Source: an uncultured Pelagibacteraceae bacterium (GTDB lineage Bacteria; Pseudomonadota; Alphaproteobacteria; Pelagibacterales; Pelagibacteraceae). From it: a stretch of DNA of 64,000 bases. The stretch lies in assembly GCA_902582105.1 (NCBI GenBank), contig CACHQT010000001.1, positions 10,681 through 74,680 of the forward strand. The letters are read 5' to 3'. This document shows positions 40,847 to 53,190 of the stretch, piece by piece. Under the pieces are notes generated by a model that was not told the DNA's origin, did not search any database, and saw only the letters and a program-made list of their open reading frames with translations. Position numbers and translations under genes: made by a program. Positions within the stretch are counted from its first letter, which is position 1; every line of letters starts with the position of its first letter.

Positions 40847-41655
40847 AACCCAAGTCTAAAATTTTAATAATTGCAGGATCAGATTCTTCTGGAGGTGCGG
40901 GTATACAGGCAGACATTAAAACTGTTACAGCTCTTGGTTCATATGCAATGACCGCAATAACAGCTGTAACTTCTCAAAATACCACAGGCATATTATCGAT
41001 CGAGGCTATATCACCAAGAGAAATATCTAAACAAATAGAATTTACATCAAAAGATATTAAGCCTGATACAGTCAAAATTGGAATGCTACATTCAACCAAG
41101 GTAATAAAAGCTGTATTAAATTCTTTAAATAAAATAAAAGCAAAAAAAATTATTTTAGATCCCGTAATGGTTGCTAAAGGAGGAGCTAAATTAATAAACG
41201 ATGCTTCAATAAAAATCTTAAAATCAAAATTAATTAAAAGGGTTAGTTTGATAACACCAAATATACCTGAGGCAGAAATTTTAACAAAAATACGAATCTC
41301 TTCAGTAGACGATATGATACGTGCAGCAAAAATTTTGATAAATTTTGGAGCAAAAAATGTATTGATTAAAGGCGGACATCTGAAATCAAATATTATGATT
41401 GATGTTTTTCTAAGTAAAAATCAAATAACAACTTTTAAAAACAAAAAAATTAATACAAGAAATACACATGGCACTGGATGCACATTATCTAGCGCAATTG
41501 CTACATATTACTCATGTGGAAAAACATTAAAGAAATCTTGTGAGATGGCGATTAAGTATGTTAACCATTCAATTGGCACAAGACCAGAATATGGTAGGGG
41601 TCATGGGCCAATAAATCATTTAAGTACAATAAGTATAAATAAAAAGTTTAAATGA
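40843..41655 (+). CDS. thiD: Hydroxymethylpyrimidine/phosphomethylpyrimidine kinase
   Basis: [40 protein letters not shown]. Confidence 0.96.
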   Translation: MKPKSKILIIAGSDSSGGAGIQADIKTVTALGSYAMTAITAVTSQNTTGILSIEAISPREISKQIEFTSKDIKPDTVKIGMLHSTKVIKAVLNSLNKIKAKKIILDPVMVAKGGAKLINDASIKILKSKLIKRVSLITPNIPEAEILTKIRISSVDDMIRAAKILINFGAKNVLIKGGHLKSNIMIDVFLSKNQITTFKNKKINTRNTHGTGCTLSSAIATYYSCGKTLKKSCEMAIKYVNHSIGTRPEYGRGHGPINHLSTISINKKFK

Positions 41656-42944
41656 AAAATGTAGTTGTTGTTGGGTCTCAATGGGGAGATGAAGGCAAAG
41701 GAAAGATTGTTGATTGGCTTTCTAGTGAAGCTGATATTGTTATAAGGTTTCAGGGTGGACATAATGCAGGACATACCTTGGTGATCGATGGGACAACATA
41801 CAAATTAAGATTATTACCTTCAGGAATTGTAAGAAAAGATAAAATATCTATTATTGGAAATGGTGTCGTTGTTGACCCGTGGGCTTTATTAGATGAAATT
41901 AAGGAAATTCAATCTAAAGGCATTGAAATTACTCAAAAAAATTTGATTATTTCAGAGTCTGCAAATTTAATTTTACCATTCCATAGAGAAATGGACGAAA
42001 TAAGAGAAGATGCGGCAGGTAAAGCTAAAATTGGAACAACTAGAAGAGGCATAGGGCCAGCCTATGAAGATAAGGTTGGTAGAAGATCTATACGAGTTAT
42101 GGATTTAATTTCTGAAAAAAATCTAGACCACAGATTAGAAACTGTTTTGATGCATCATAATGCAATAAGGAAAGGATTAGGCAAGAAGATTTATAAAAAA
42201 GAAAAACTTAAAGATGATTTATTAAAAATAGCACCAGAAATTTTAAAGTACTCACAACCAGTATGGAAAAAAATAGATGAATTTAAATCACAAGAAAAAA
42301 AAATATTATTTGAAGGTGCGCAAGGCATATTGCTTGATGTTGATCATGGCACATATCCATTTGTAACATCTTCAAACACAGTAGCATCTGCTGCTGCTAC
42401 GGGTTCTGGTTGTGGTCCAAATTCAATAAATTATGTTTTAGGAATTACAAAAGCTTATACTACTAGAGTTGGTGAAGGTCCATTTCCAACAGAATTAAAA
42501 AACGAAATAGGAGAAAAACTAGGAAGTGTAGGAAAAGAATTTGGAACAGTAACAAGCAGAAAAAGAAGATGTGGTTGGTTTGATGGAGTTTTGGTTAGAC
42601 AAACAATTAAAATTGCTGGAATAGATGGAATTGCATTGACTAAATTAGATGTTTTAGACCAACTAGATGAAATTAAAATGTGTATAGCGTATGACGTCGG
42701 AGGCAAAAAAATGGATTATTTGCCTGCGGCTATGGATGATCAATTAAAAGCAAAGCCTATTTATAAAAATTTTAAAGGCTGGAAAAGTTCAACTAAAGGT
42801 ATAAAAAATTTCGAAGAGCTTCCAGAGAATGCAAAAATTTATATTAAAGAACTAGAAAAATTTATAGAAACAAAAGTTGCTAGTATTTCTACAAGCCCAG
42901 AAAGAAATGACACAATATTAATAGTTGATCCTTTTAGTATCTAA
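41652..42944 (+). CDS. purA: Adenylosuccinate synthetase
   Basis: [42 protein letters not shown]. Confidence 0.98.
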   Translation: MKNVVVVGSQWGDEGKGKIVDWLSSEADIVIRFQGGHNAGHTLVIDGTTYKLRLLPSGIVRKDKISIIGNGVVVDPWALLDEIKEIQSKGIEITQKNLIISESANLILPFHREMDEIREDAAGKAKIGTTRRGIGPAYEDKVGRRSIRVMDLISEKNLDHRLETVLMHHNAIRKGLGKKIYKKEKLKDDLLKIAPEILKYSQPVWKKIDEFKSQEKKILFEGAQGILLDVDHGTYPFVTSSNTVASAAATGSGCGPNSINYVLGITKAYTTRVGEGPFPTELKNEIGEKLGSVGKEFGTVTSRKRRCGWFDGVLVRQTIKIAGIDGIALTKLDVLDQLDEIKMCIAYDVGGKKMDYLPAAMDDQLKAKPIYKNFKGWKSSTKGIKNFEELPENAKIYIKELEKFIETKVASISTSPERNDTILIVDPFSI

Positions 42945-43834
42945 TTTGCTGGTAGAAGATTTTTTGATTTTGCAAGGTTTAACATATGCTTTTGAAGTTT
43001 CTCGAAAGCTTTATTTTCAATTTGTCTAATTCTTTCTCGACTTATTTTATATTTTTTACTTAAATCTTCTAAGGTAGTTGGTTCATCATTTAGTCTTCTA
43101 GAGTATAAAATTTCTTTTTCTCTATCATTTAATATTTCAATAGAGTCTCTTAAAAGATCTTTTCTTTGGTCCATTTCTTCTTTTTGAGCTAATTTCAGCT
43201 CCTGGTCCATCTCCTTATCCACAATCCAATCTTGCCATTCATCTCCATCTTCACCAATTTGAGCATTAAGAGAATGTTCTTTTCCTGATAGTCTTCTATT
43301 CATTGAAACCACTTCATCTTCACTAACATTTAATTTATCTGCTATTTCTGAGACGTGTTCTTGCCTTAAATCACCTTCAGTTCTAGGTGCAATTTGATTT
43401 TTAAGTTTTTTTAAATTAAAAAACAATTTTTTTTGTGCAGTAGTTGTTCCGATTTTTACTAAACTCCATGATCTTAAAATATATTCCTGAATAGAAGCTT
43501 TTATCCACCACATAGCATATGTAGCTAATCTAAAACCTTTTTCAGGCTCAAATTTTTTGACAGCTTGCATAAGACCAATATTGCCCTCTGAAATCATTTC
43601 ATTCACAGGTAATCCATAACCTTTATAACCCATCGCAATTTTTGCAACTAACCTCAAATGACTTGTCACAAGTTTTTCAGCAGATTTGATATCGCCAGTA
43701 GATTTCCAATTTTTTGCCAACATGTATTCTTCTTCAGCATCCAACATTGGAAATTTTTTAATTTGGGCCAGATAAGCCGATAGTCCACCTTCATTAGATA
43801 TGGCAGGAAGATTATAACTAGTAGTTGTGTTCAT
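42941..43834 (-). CDS. rpoH: RNA polymerase sigma-32 factor
   Basis: [13 protein letters not shown], RpoH box [28 protein letters not shown]. Confidence 0.96.
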   Translation of the reverse strand: MNTTTSYNLPAISNEGGLSAYLAQIKKFPMLDAEEEYMLAKNWKSTGDIKSAEKLVTSHLRLVAKIAMGYKGYGLPVNEMISEGNIGLMQAVKKFEPEKGFRLATYAMWWIKASIQEYILRSWSLVKIGTTTAQKKLFFNLKKLKNQIAPRTEGDLRQEHVSEIADKLNVSEDEVVSMNRRLSGKEHSLNAQIGEDGDEWQDWIVDKEMDQELKLAQKEEMDQRKDLLRDSIEILNDREKEILYSRRLNDEPTTLEDLSKKYKISRERIRQIENKAFEKLQKHMLNLAKSKNLLPAN

Positions 43835-43860
43835 AGAGATATTTATTTAGTTAAGATTTT

Positions 43861-44856
43861 TTATTTTACAACAATTTTTTTACCAGTATTTCTTAGGGTT
43901 TTTAATATATTTTTCAAATCATTTGGTAAAATAGAGGTAAATCTTAATTTTTTTCCTGATTTAGGATGAATAAAACCAATTACTTTTGCATGTAAAAATT
44001 GCCTATCTAAATTAAAAATTAGTTTTTCAAGATTTTTATTAATATTTTTTATTTTTTTATATTTTTTTTTATATTTTTTGTCTCCCAATATATTGTTTCC
44101 CTTGTGTTTCATATGAACTCTTATTTGGTGCGTTCTTCCAGTTTCAAGTTTGCACTCAACTAGACTTAGAGTAGGAGTTTTATCATTTTCAAATACTTCA
44201 AGGGTTTTATAATTCGTAATTGCTTTTTTTCCTTTTGTTATTCCAACTTCCATCAGTTGTCTATTTCTTGAACTTCGAGTAATTAAAGTCTCAATCCTCC
44301 CATATTGAGGTCTTAATTTTCCCCAAACTATCAATTCATACATTCTTTCTATTGAATGTTTATTAAATTGATTTGATAAGTTTTCATGAGCAAAATTGTT
44401 TTTTGCAACTACAATTAACCCAGACGTATCCTTATCTATCCTATGAACGATTCCAGGCCTTAATTCACCCCCTATATTTGATAAACTTTTTCCACAATAA
44501 TTTACAAGAGCGTTTACTATTGTGTTATCATAATTTCCAGCACCAGGGTGCATTACAATTCCAGCTGGCTTATTTAAAACTAATAGATCATCGTCTTCAT
44601 GAACTATATCAATTTTAAACTTATACGGTTTTAAAGAAGTTTTTTTTGGTTCAGGTATAAATAAATTAATTTTATCTCCAGTGAAAACTTTTTGTGATGG
44701 ATTGATTACTATTAAGTTATTTAACTTGAGGTTTTTTTGAATTATTAAATTTTTAATTCTAGTTCTGCTTAATTCTTTTTGTTTTTTTGAAACAAATGAG
44801 TCAATACGACTGCCATTTTCTTCATCTTTAACAATTATATTAATGATATTTTCCAT
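43861..44856 (-). CDS. rluD: 23S rRNA pseudouridine synthase (RluD family)
   Basis: S4 domain, NKPAG, RPGIVHRIDKDTSG, LETGRTHQIRVH. Confidence 0.93.
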   Translation of the reverse strand: MENIINIIVKDEENGSRIDSFVSKKQKELSRTRIKNLIIQKNLKLNNLIVINPSQKVFTGDKINLFIPEPKKTSLKPYKFKIDIVHEDDDLLVLNKPAGIVMHPGAGNYDNTIVNALVNYCGKSLSNIGGELRPGIVHRIDKDTSGLIVVAKNNFAHENLSNQFNKHSIERMYELIVWGKLRPQYGRIETLITRSSRNRQLMEVGITKGKKAITNYKTLEVFENDKTPTLSLVECKLETGRTHQIRVHMKHKGNNILGDKKYKKKYKKIKNINKNLEKLIFNLDRQFLHAKVIGFIHPKSGKKLRFTSILPNDLKNILKTLRNTGKKIVVK

Positions 44857-44879
44857 ATTTTATAATAATAGTATTATAT

Positions 44880-44956
44880 GCGCTTGTAGCTCAATTGGAT
44901 AGAGCGCCTGACTTCGGATCAGGAGGTTGAGGGTTCAAGTCCTTCCGGGCGCACCA
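44880..44956 (+). tRNA. tRNA-Arg (TCG)
   Basis: GCGCTTGTAGCTCAATTGGATAGAGCG-CCTGA-CTTCGGA-TCAGG-...GGTTCAAGT...CGGGCGCACCA; A20 Arg identity element present. Confidence 0.93.
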
Positions 44957-45748
44957 TTATTCCCCAATATTTATTAAAGTTCCTTTTTTTCTTGCTTTTT
45001 CAAAAGAGTAATAAAATAAAGATATTGCGATAATCAGATAAATTATATTCAAATAAAATGCTTTTATTATATTCTGAAAATCAACACTTTGATTAATAAG
45101 TATGTTCCTAGCTTCCTCAAAAATATAAACAAGTGGAAGCGAATAGGCTATTTTTTGAAAAAATTCTGGTAAAATTTCTACAGGGTAATAAATACATCCA
45201 AAAGGTGCCAATAAAAACATTGTTGACCAGGCAATATTTTCAAATGAAGGACCAAATCTTAATAAACCTGAGGATACAAATATTCCTAGAGTAATTCCAA
45301 ATATATATAAACTTAAAAAAAGAAAAAATAAATATATACCTAGATCTAATAAAGATATTCCAAAAAGTGGAGATGTCAGTAAAATTGCTGGTATTAAACC
45401 AATCAGAGCTCTAACTAATGCCGTAAAAACTAAAGATATAATAATCTCACTTATTTTTATTGGCGAAATAAATAAATTTGTAAAATTTCTGCTCCATATT
45501 TCCTCCAAAAATAACATATTAAAACCAATACTTGTCCTAAATAAAAAATCATACAATATTGCACATGTTAATATTACTCCAACTGCATTATTGTAATAAG
45601 TGCTATGGGATGCAAAAAAATTTGAAATAAAACCCCACAATGTTATTTGTATCGAAGGCCAGTATATTAAGTCTAAAACTCTTGGAAAAGATCTGGTAAT
45701 TAAAAAAAAGTGTCTTAAAAAAAGACCATATATTCTATTAAATTTCAT
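44957..45748 (-). CDS. ABC-2 type transporter permease
   Basis: About 6 TM segments, EEIWSRNFTNLFISP, YYPVEILP. Confidence 0.85.
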   Translation of the reverse strand: MKFNRIYGLFLRHFFLITRSFPRVLDLIYWPSIQITLWGFISNFFASHSTYYNNAVGVILTCAILYDFLFRTSIGFNMLFLEEIWSRNFTNLFISPIKISEIIISLVFTALVRALIGLIPAILLTSPLFGISLLDLGIYLFFLFLSLYIFGITLGIFVSSGLLRFGPSFENIAWSTMFLLAPFGCIYYPVEILPEFFQKIAYSLPLVYIFEEARNILINQSVDFQNIIKAFYLNIIYLIIAISLFYYSFEKARKKGTLINIGE

Positions 45749-46472
45749 TTTTACTTCTCGTTAGTTTTAAAAATACCTCTTCTAAATTTTGTCTACCATG
45801 TTTTGCTATTAATTCTTTAGGCTTACCTTTATCAATAATTACACCATCCTTCATCATTAATACTGATGCACACAGTCTCGTTACTTCGTTCATATTGTGT
45901 GACGCTAATAGGACAGATATTTTTTTTTCTCTTTTATAATTTTCTAAAAAAGTTCTAACAAAATCTCCAATCTCTGGATCTAAAGATGCAGTTGGTTCAT
46001 CTAAAAACAGTACATCAGGATCATTAATTAACGCTTTTGCTAAACTTACTCTATTTTTTTGACCTGAGGAAAGTTCACCAGTTATTTTGTTTAAAAGTTC
46101 TTCTAATCTTAGTTTGTTGGTAAGATATTCAATTCTGTTATTTAGATTTTTTACACTATATAATTTCCCATATACAAGCAAATTTTGTTTTACAGTGAGT
46201 TTTTTTGGCAATTCTATGTATGGCGAGATAAAATTTATCTTTTGAAGAATTTCTATTCTATTTTTTTCAATTTTCATTCCATTAATATTGATTTGACCTG
46301 TAGATGGTTTTAATAAACCAAGTAGCATCCCTATCGTTGTAGTTTTTCCACAACCATTAGGACCTAAAAGTCCAATTATTTCGTTTTCTTTGATTTTAAA
46401 ATCTATTCCTCTTACAGCATCTTTTTTTCCATAAGACTTAGAGAGGTTTATAACTTCTACTGAATATTCCAT
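45738..46472 (-). CDS. ABC transporter ATP-binding protein
   Basis: GPNGCGKTT, LSSGQ, LFLDEPTASLD, SH. Confidence 0.93.
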   Translation of the reverse strand: MEYSVEVINLSKSYGKKDAVRGIDFKIKENEIIGLLGPNGCGKTTTIGMLLGLLKPSTGQININGMKIEKNRIEILQKINFISPYIELPKKLTVKQNLLVYGKLYSVKNLNNRIEYLTNKLRLEELLNKITGELSSGQKNRVSLAKALINDPDVLFLDEPTASLDPEIGDFVRTFLENYKREKKISVLLASHNMNEVTRLCASVLMMKDGVIIDKGKPKELIAKHGRQNLEEVFLKLTRSKNEI

Positions 46473-47404
46473 TATAATTTTGAGGCTCTAAGCAATCTAT
46501 CATTAATTACTTCACCAAAACCTTTATTAGGTATTTTTTCAACTGCAATACTTTTAAATTTCCTTTTTTTAATCATTCTTAAAGTTTTGTATAAATTTTT
46601 TGCTGCATTTTTAAGATTTTTATCTTTACTTAAATAATAAAAGTTTTTACCAGACAATTTCCTTTTTTTAATTAATAAAAATGCCTCATCTTTATAAGCA
46701 TCATTAACATTTAACCTAATTGGAATCCCCGGAGAATAATGAACATTTCCTTGTCCAGGAGAAGCAATTTTCTTATTTTTACTATTATATTTAATATTAA
46801 AGCCAATTATTTTTTTTATTTTTTTTACTTCTGTTCCACCTAATCTTAATATCTCGGGTTTATTTATTAGACTAACTATTGTTGACTCAAGACCTATTTT
46901 TGATCTTCCTCCGTCAAGTATAAATTTAATTTTTTTTCCAAATTCATCTTTTACATCTTCTTTTGAAACCGGACTAATTTTTGTAGAAATATTTGCACTT
47001 GGAGCTGCAAGTGGATAATTGAGCTTTTTAAGTAATTTTTTTGTAACAGAATTTTTCGGAAATCTTATAGCTAATGTTTTGTTTTTATTAGTAACATTTT
47101 TTGAAATTTTACTATTTTTTTTTAATTCTAAAACAAATGTGATAGGTCCAGGGCAAAATTTTTTATACAATTTATAAAAAAAACTATTTGTTTTACAATC
47201 AATTTTTAACATTTTTAAACTATAATAATGAACTATTAAGGGATTTTTTTTGGGTCTTTTTTTTAATTTAAATATTTTTTTTGTTGCAACATCAGAGTAA
47301 GCATTAGCAGCTAATCCATATACTGTTTCTGTAGGAATACCTATACATTCATTTTTATCTAAGTAGTATTTAGCTTTTTTAATATTTGAAAGATTGTTTT
47401 TCAT
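46472..47404 (-). CDS. sua5: Threonylcarbamoyl-AMP synthase (Sua5 type)
   Basis: IPTETVYGLAA, KKRPKKNPLIVH, AAPSANIS, GLESTI; SPG...HYSP linker and C-terminal SUA5 domain (INDRL.RA). Confidence 0.93.
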   Translation of the reverse strand: MKNNLSNIKKAKYYLDKNECIGIPTETVYGLAANAYSDVATKKIFKLKKRPKKNPLIVHYYSLKMLKIDCKTNSFFYKLYKKFCPGPITFVLELKKNSKISKNVTNKNKTLAIRFPKNSVTKKLLKKLNYPLAAPSANISTKISPVSKEDVKDEFGKKIKFILDGGRSKIGLESTIVSLINKPEILRLGGTEVKKIKKIIGFNIKYNSKNKKIASPGQGNVHYSPGIPIRLNVNDAYKDEAFLLIKKRKLSGKNFYYLSKDKNLKNAAKNLYKTLRMIKKRKFKSIAVEKIPNKGFGEVINDRLLRASKL

Positions 47405-47423
47405 GTAATATTACAACTATTAT

Positions 47424-47678
47424 ATGAAAGATAAAAATTTGCCAAACGATATTAAAAATAAATCTCTAAATGAACTTACAGAATTAGCCAATAGCATAAT
47501 TGAAAATCTTGAAAAAGAGAAAGATCTAGGAAATTCAATAAACAAATATCAAGAACTATTAAGATTGAATAATTTTATTGAAAAAAAATTTCAAACTACC
47601 TCCAAAAACATATCCCAAAGCACAAAAGAAAAAATAAACAAATTAATAGTAAATAAAGATGGAAAAAAAATTAAATAA
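47424..47678 (+). CDS. xseB: Exodeoxyribonuclease VII small subunit-like protein (diverged)
   Basis: Helical IIENLE..DLGNSI..Y pattern and the conserved xseB-ispA-dxs position. Confidence 0.6.
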   Translation: MKDKNLPNDIKNKSLNELTELANSIIENLEKEKDLGNSINKYQELLRLNNFIEKKFQTTSKNISQSTKEKINKLIVNKDGKKIK

Positions 47679-48528
47679 AATTGTAAAAGATACTAATTCT
47701 TTTTTATTAAAATTTTTATCAAAGCAAAAAAAAACAGATTTAGTTAAGCCAATGAAATATGGTTTATTTCCAGGAGGTAAAAAAATTAGAACAAAATTGA
47801 TTGTAGATGTTGGTAAAATATTTCAAATAAAATATAATAATCTTATTCATATAGGAGCAGCCGTAGAATGTATTCATGCCTATTCTCTGATTCATGATGA
47901 TCTTCCATGCATGGATAACGATTTATTGAGAAGAGGTAAACCATCTACACATAAAAAATTTGGAGAGTCAACCGCGATACTTGCTGGCAATTCTCTACTT
48001 ACAATAGCATTTGAGATTTTGAGTCAAAAAAGTTTTCATGTTGATTATAGCTCTAAAATAAATTTGATTAAATTAATATCAGAATGTTCCGGACATACAG
48101 GAATAGCAGGAGGCCAATATTCTGATTTGAATTTTGAAGGTAAAAAAATTTCTTTAAATAAAGTTGTCGAAATGCAAATAAAAAAGACAGGAAAACTTTT
48201 TAGTTTTTGTTGTATGGCTCCTTTGATTATAGGTAAGAAAAATAAATATTTAAAAAATTTTGATATGATTGGTGCTGATATTGGTTTGTTATTTCAAATA
48301 GCTGATGATCTTATTGATTATAGTGGAAATTCGAAAGACGCAGGGAAGAAAACAAGAAAGGATTTAAAAAAAGGAAAGGCAACATTAATCAGTTTACTAG
48401 GTCATCAAAATACTATTAAATATGGAAACAAACTAAAATATAAGATATTTAAAAAACTTAATAAGTTTGGAAAAAGGTCTGAAGATTTAAAAGATACGAT
48501 TAAATATATATTAGAAAGACGCAAGTGA
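47659..48528 (+). CDS. ispA: Farnesyl diphosphate synthase
   Basis: [31 protein letters not shown]. Confidence 0.93.
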   Translation: MEKKLNKIVKDTNSFLLKFLSKQKKTDLVKPMKYGLFPGGKKIRTKLIVDVGKIFQIKYNNLIHIGAAVECIHAYSLIHDDLPCMDNDLLRRGKPSTHKKFGESTAILAGNSLLTIAFEILSQKSFHVDYSSKINLIKLISECSGHTGIAGGQYSDLNFEGKKISLNKVVEMQIKKTGKLFSFCCMAPLIIGKKNKYLKNFDMIGADIGLLFQIADDLIDYSGNSKDAGKKTRKDLKKGKATLISLLGHQNTIKYGNKLKYKIFKKLNKFGKRSEDLKDTIKYILERRK

Positions 48529-50438
48529 AAAAGAAATATAAATATTTGGATAAAATCAACTTTCCTAATGATATTAAGAAACTTAAACAATCAGAATTAA
48601 GAATTTTAGCAGATGAAGTAAGAGAAGAAATGATCGATGCAGTTTCTGAAACAGGAGGTCATTTAGGTGCTGGTCTGGGAGTTGTAGAGCTAACTGTAGC
48701 TTTACATTATATCTTCAATACCCCTAATGATAAATTAATATGGGACGTTGGTCATCAAACATACCCCCATAAAATATTAACTGGAAGAAAAGATAAGATT
48801 CGAACATTGAGAAAAGGAAAGGGTTTATCAGGTTTTACAAAAAGAAATGAAAGTGAATATGATCCTTTTGGTGCTGCTCACAGTTCTACATCAATTTCTT
48901 CAGCTTTAGGAATTGCAGTTGCAAACAGACTATCAAATAAATCTGATAACGTAATAGCAGTTATAGGCGATGGTGCAATGAGCGCAGGTATGGCTTATGA
49001 AGCTATGAACAACGCCGGAACAAGTAAGACAAAAATGATTGTAGTTTTAAATGATAACGATATGTCGATTGCTAAACCTGTTGGTGCAATGAGATCTTAT
49101 TTGGCAAAAATATTATCAGGAAAGATGTATTTTAGTTTAAGAGAAACATTTAAATTAATTATCTCTGCATTTTCAAAAAGATTTAGTAAAAAAGCTGGAA
49201 AAGCAGAAGATTTTTTGAGGTCAGCTGTTACTGGTGGAACTTTATTTAATTCACTGGGTTTTTATTATATTGGACCAATAGATGGTCACGATATGGACTC
49301 ATTAATATCTGTACTTAAAAATGTAAAAGAAGTTAATTACAATGGTCCAGTTTTAGTTCATTTAAAAACAGAAAAAGGTAAGGGATATAAATTTGCAGAG
49401 AGATCAGAAGACAAATATCATGGTGTTTCAAAGTTTAATGTAAACACAGGTGTTCAAGAAAAATCTAGTTCAAATATACCATCGTATACAAAAGTTTTTG
49501 CTAATACTCTAGTCAAACATGCTGAAAAAGATAGCAAGATTATAGGAATAACCGCAGCTATGCCATCAGGAACTGGAATGGATATTTTTGGTGAAAAATT
49601 TCCATCAAGAACTTTTGATGTTGGAATAGCAGAACAGCATGCCGTTACTTTTGCAGCTGGTTTAGCTACAGAGGGCTATAAACCTTTTGCGGCAATTTAT
49701 TCAACTTTTCTTCAAAGAGCATATGATCAAGTTGTTCATGATGTAGCCATTCAAAGTTTACCAGTTAGATTTGCTATAGATAGGGCAGGATTAGTTGGCG
49801 CAGATGGACCAACTCACGCAGGATCATTTGATGTTACTTATTTAGCTACGCTTCCTAATTTTATTGTTATGGCTGCAAGTGATGAAGCTGAGCTAGTTAG
49901 AATGGTTAATACCTCTGTAGATATTAATGATAGGCCATCTGCTTTTAGATACCCAAGAGGAAATGGGATTGGTATAGATTTACCTTCAATTGCTGAAAAA
50001 TTGGAAATTGGAAAAGGAAGAGTAATTACAGAAGGTAAAAAAGTTGCCATACTTAATTTCGGTGCAAGATTAAATGAATGTTTAATTGCAAAAGAAAATC
50101 TTTCAAAGAAAGGAATCAAACTTACAATTGTTGATGCTAGATTTGCAAAACCTCTAGATCAAAATTTAATTTGGCAATTAGCTACTGATCATGAAATACT
50201 TATTTCAATTGAAGAAGGTTCAGTTGGAGGTTTTGGTTCTCATGTGGGACAATTTTTATCAGATAAAAATTTGTTAGATAATAATTTAAAGTATAGATCT
50301 ATGATTTTACCTGACAGATTTATAGATCATGATAAGCCCGATTTAATGTATAAGTATGCTGGTCTTGATGCAGATAGCATCGAAAACAAAATATTAGATA
50401 CACTTAACTCAAAAATAATAATTAAGAAAACTAATTAA
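48525..50438 (+). CDS. dxs: 1-deoxy-D-xylulose-5-phosphate synthase
   Basis: [45 protein letters not shown]; GTG start. Confidence 0.97.
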   Translation: MKKKYKYLDKINFPNDIKKLKQSELRILADEVREEMIDAVSETGGHLGAGLGVVELTVALHYIFNTPNDKLIWDVGHQTYPHKILTGRKDKIRTLRKGKGLSGFTKRNESEYDPFGAAHSSTSISSALGIAVANRLSNKSDNVIAVIGDGAMSAGMAYEAMNNAGTSKTKMIVVLNDNDMSIAKPVGAMRSYLAKILSGKMYFSLRETFKLIISAFSKRFSKKAGKAEDFLRSAVTGGTLFNSLGFYYIGPIDGHDMDSLISVLKNVKEVNYNGPVLVHLKTEKGKGYKFAERSEDKYHGVSKFNVNTGVQEKSSSNIPSYTKVFANTLVKHAEKDSKIIGITAAMPSGTGMDIFGEKFPSRTFDVGIAEQHAVTFAAGLATEGYKPFAAIYSTFLQRAYDQVVHDVAIQSLPVRFAIDRAGLVGADGPTHAGSFDVTYLATLPNFIVMAASDEAELVRMVNTSVDINDRPSAFRYPRGNGIGIDLPSIAEKLEIGKGRVITEGKKVAILNFGARLNECLIAKENLSKKGIKLTIVDARFAKPLDQNLIWQLATDHEILISIEEGSVGGFGSHVGQFLSDKNLLDNNLKYRSMILPDRFIDHDKPDLMYKYAGLDADSIENKILDTLNSKIIIKKTN

Positions 50439-51520
50439 CTTTTACATTGTGCACTATTCATCAAATAGTGATCTAATAAAACACAATGCATCATAGCTTC
50501 TCCTATTGGAACAGCTCTTATACCTACACAAGGATCATGTCTTCCTTTAACAGATATTGAAGTATTTTTTCCAAATTTATCTATAGTTTTTCTGGAAGTA
50601 AGAATTGAAGAAGTTGGTTTTACCGCAAAAGATACAATTATATCTTGTCCTGATGATATACCACCTAGAATTCCCCCAGCATTATTTGATTTAAAATTTG
50701 TTTTTTTATTTCTTTGAGATATTTCATCGGAATTTTGCTCACCAGTTAATTGCGCAGAATTCATCCCAGATCCTATATTTACTCCTTTAACTGCATTTAT
50801 ACTCATCATTGCAGAAGCTAAATCCATATCTAGTTTTGAATATATTGGTGCACCCAGACCAATGGGAACGCCTCTAGCCCTTACTTCAATTATTGCTCCA
50901 CATGATGAACCTGCTTTTCTTATACTTAATAAATATTTTTCCCAAAGTTTTACAATTGATTTATCAGGACAAAAAAATGGATTTTTTGAAATAAATTTAT
51001 CGTTCCATTTTTTTGTATCACAACCAAGTATTCCTAATTGTGTAACCGCTCCTGTGACTTTATATTTTTTTCCAATTTTATTTTGTAAAACTTTTTTTGC
51101 TATTGCACCAGCTGCTACTCTTGCAGCAGTTTCTCTAGCAGATTGTCTTCCTCCGCCTCTATAGTCTCTAATTCCATATTTCTTAAAATATGTAAAATCT
51201 GCGTGACCAGGTCTAAATTTATTTTTAATTGTCTCGTAGTCCCTTGATCTCATATCTTTATTATAAATAATCATCGAAATAGGAGTTCCTGTAGTTTTTC
51301 CCTCAAAAACACCTGAAAGGATATTTACATTGTCATCTTCTTTTCTTTGTGTTGTAAATTTTGATTGTCCTGGTTTTCTCTTATTAAGCTCAACTTGAAT
51401 ATCTTTTTCGCTAATATTTATATTTGGAGGACAACCATCAACCACGCATCCTATTGCAGGTCCATGAGATTCACCCCAAGTTGTAAAACGAAATATCTTT
51501 CCAAAAGTATTAAATGACAT
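50435..51520 (-). CDS. aroC: Chorismate synthase
   Basis: MSFNTFG...[33 protein letters not shown]; start placed at ATG 51520. Confidence 0.97.
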   Translation of the reverse strand: MSFNTFGKIFRFTTWGESHGPAIGCVVDGCPPNINISEKDIQVELNKRKPGQSKFTTQRKEDDNVNILSGVFEGKTTGTPISMIIYNKDMRSRDYETIKNKFRPGHADFTYFKKYGIRDYRGGGRQSARETAARVAAGAIAKKVLQNKIGKKYKVTGAVTQLGILGCDTKKWNDKFISKNPFFCPDKSIVKLWEKYLLSIRKAGSSCGAIIEVRARGVPIGLGAPIYSKLDMDLASAMMSINAVKGVNIGSGMNSAQLTGEQNSDEISQRNKKTNFKSNNAGGILGGISSGQDIIVSFAVKPTSSILTSRKTIDKFGKNTSISVKGRHDPCVGIRAVPIGEAMMHCVLLDHYLMNSAQCKS

Positions 51521-51553
51521 TAAATATATTATATAAGTTATTTTGTTGAAATT

Positions 51554-52180
51554 ATGAATCAAAAAAATTCTATTGGCCTAAATAAATGCTTTAAGGATCT
51601 TAATGATCCATTAAAACTCTTTGAAGAATGGTTTGAAGAAGCAAAAAAAACTGAAATTAATGACCCAAATGCCTTGGCTCTATCAACAGCTGACAAAACA
51701 GGAATTCCATCAGTAAGGATGGTTTTATTGAAAAGTTTTAGTGAAAATGGTTTTGTATTTTATACAAATTTTAACAGCAAGAAGAGTATTGAGTTAAAAG
51801 AAAATCCAAATGCCTCTCTGTGTTTCCATTGGAAAAGTCTTTTAAGACAAATAAGAATTAGTGGAAAAATCTCAAAGGTATCAGAAGAAGAAGCTGACAT
51901 GTATTACAATTCAAGATCGTATGGCAGCAAAATTGGTGCTTGGGCATCTGAGCAAAGTTCGATTTTAAAAACTAGAGAAGAATTATATAAATCAATTGAA
52001 GAATATAAAAAAAAATACCCCAATGAAAATAATGTTCCAAGACCAAAATATTGGTCTGGATGGTGTCTAAATCCAGATAATATAGAATTTTGGCTTGATG
52101 GAGAAAATAGAATTCATGAAAGATTAAAATATATAAAAATTAAAACAGGAAATTGGCAAAAGTATTTATTAAGTCCTTAG
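51554..52180 (+). CDS. pdxH: Pyridoxamine 5'-phosphate oxidase
   Basis: [27 protein letters not shown]....RIHER. Confidence 0.95.
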   Translation: MNQKNSIGLNKCFKDLNDPLKLFEEWFEEAKKTEINDPNALALSTADKTGIPSVRMVLLKSFSENGFVFYTNFNSKKSIELKENPNASLCFHWKSLLRQIRISGKISKVSEEEADMYYNSRSYGSKIGAWASEQSSILKTREELYKSIEEYKKKYPNENNVPRPKYWSGWCLNPDNIEFWLDGENRIHERLKYIKIKTGNWQKYLLSP

Positions 52181-53190
52181 AAAGTTCTTTCTAAACTAAA
52201 TGACGTTAATCCTTGCAACATATCTTTTTCTTTTGATTGTTCAAATATGCTTAAAGAATTTGAAGCAAGATTTATGAAATGTTCTGCTTTTCTATAACAT
52301 TCAAAAATTATGTTGTATTTTTTAATCATTAACAAAACATTCTTAAAATCTTCTACCGATCTATCTTTTTTTTTAAATAAATCTTTCAATTCTTTTTTTT
52401 CATTACTTTTTGATTTTTGATAAAGTAAAATTAATGGCAAAGTTACTTTCCCCTCAAAAAAATCATTTCCGATTTCTTTTCCAAATAATTTTAGTTCAGA
52501 ATTATAATCCAAAGTGTCATCTGCTATCTGGAAAGTTAATCCAAGATTTTTTCCATAAAATTCTAAAGCATCTTTAATTTTATTTTCTTTATTTGCCAAT
52601 ATAGACCCCACTTTTGTTGCTGCAGCAAACAACGAAGCTGTTTTAGCAGATATTATTTTAAGATATGTTTCTTCCAACATATCAACTTCTCCTTCATGTT
52701 GTAGTTGCAATACTTCTCCTTGAGATATTTCTGCCGAAGTAGAAGAAAGAAGTTTTAAAACTTCAAGACTACCATCCTCAACCATCATTTCAAAACACCT
52801 GCTTAATAGATAGTCTCCAACTAAAATTGATGATTTATTTCCCCAAATATTATTTAAAGTTTTTTTTCCTCTTCTAACTTCACCATTATCTATAACATCG
52901 TCATGCATTAGAGTTGCAGCGTGTATTAGCTCTACACAAGCAGCAAGATTAACATCTCTAGAACCTTTAGAGTATCCACATAGTTTAGATGTGCCCAAAG
53001 TAAGCAATGCTCTTAATCTTTTACCACCTGTTCTAAGATGGTAATTTGTCATTTCATCAACTAGCTCTACTTTACTCGTTAATTTTGTTTTAATCTTTTC
53101 TTCAACTAGAATTAGCTTGTCTTCAACAGAATTTTTGAGCTCCGAATATGAATTGTTTATTCGATTCTTTAACTGAACAACGGTTCCCAT
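52177..53190 (-). CDS. ispB: Long-chain polyprenyl diphosphate synthase
   Basis: GGKRLR, ATLMHDDVID...RRG, GDYL, FQIADD, EGKVTLP. Confidence 0.92.
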   Translation of the reverse strand: MGTVVQLKNRINNSYSELKNSVEDKLILVEEKIKTKLTSKVELVDEMTNYHLRTGGKRLRALLTLGTSKLCGYSKGSRDVNLAACVELIHAATLMHDDVIDNGEVRRGKKTLNNIWGNKSSILVGDYLLSRCFEMMVEDGSLEVLKLLSSTSAEISQGEVLQLQHEGEVDMLEETYLKIISAKTASLFAAATKVGSILANKENKIKDALEFYGKNLGLTFQIADDTLDYNSELKLFGKEIGNDFFEGKVTLPLILLYQKSKSNEKKELKDLFKKKDRSVEDFKNVLLMIKKYNIIFECYRKAEHFINLASNSLSIFEQSKEKDMLQGLTSFSLERTF

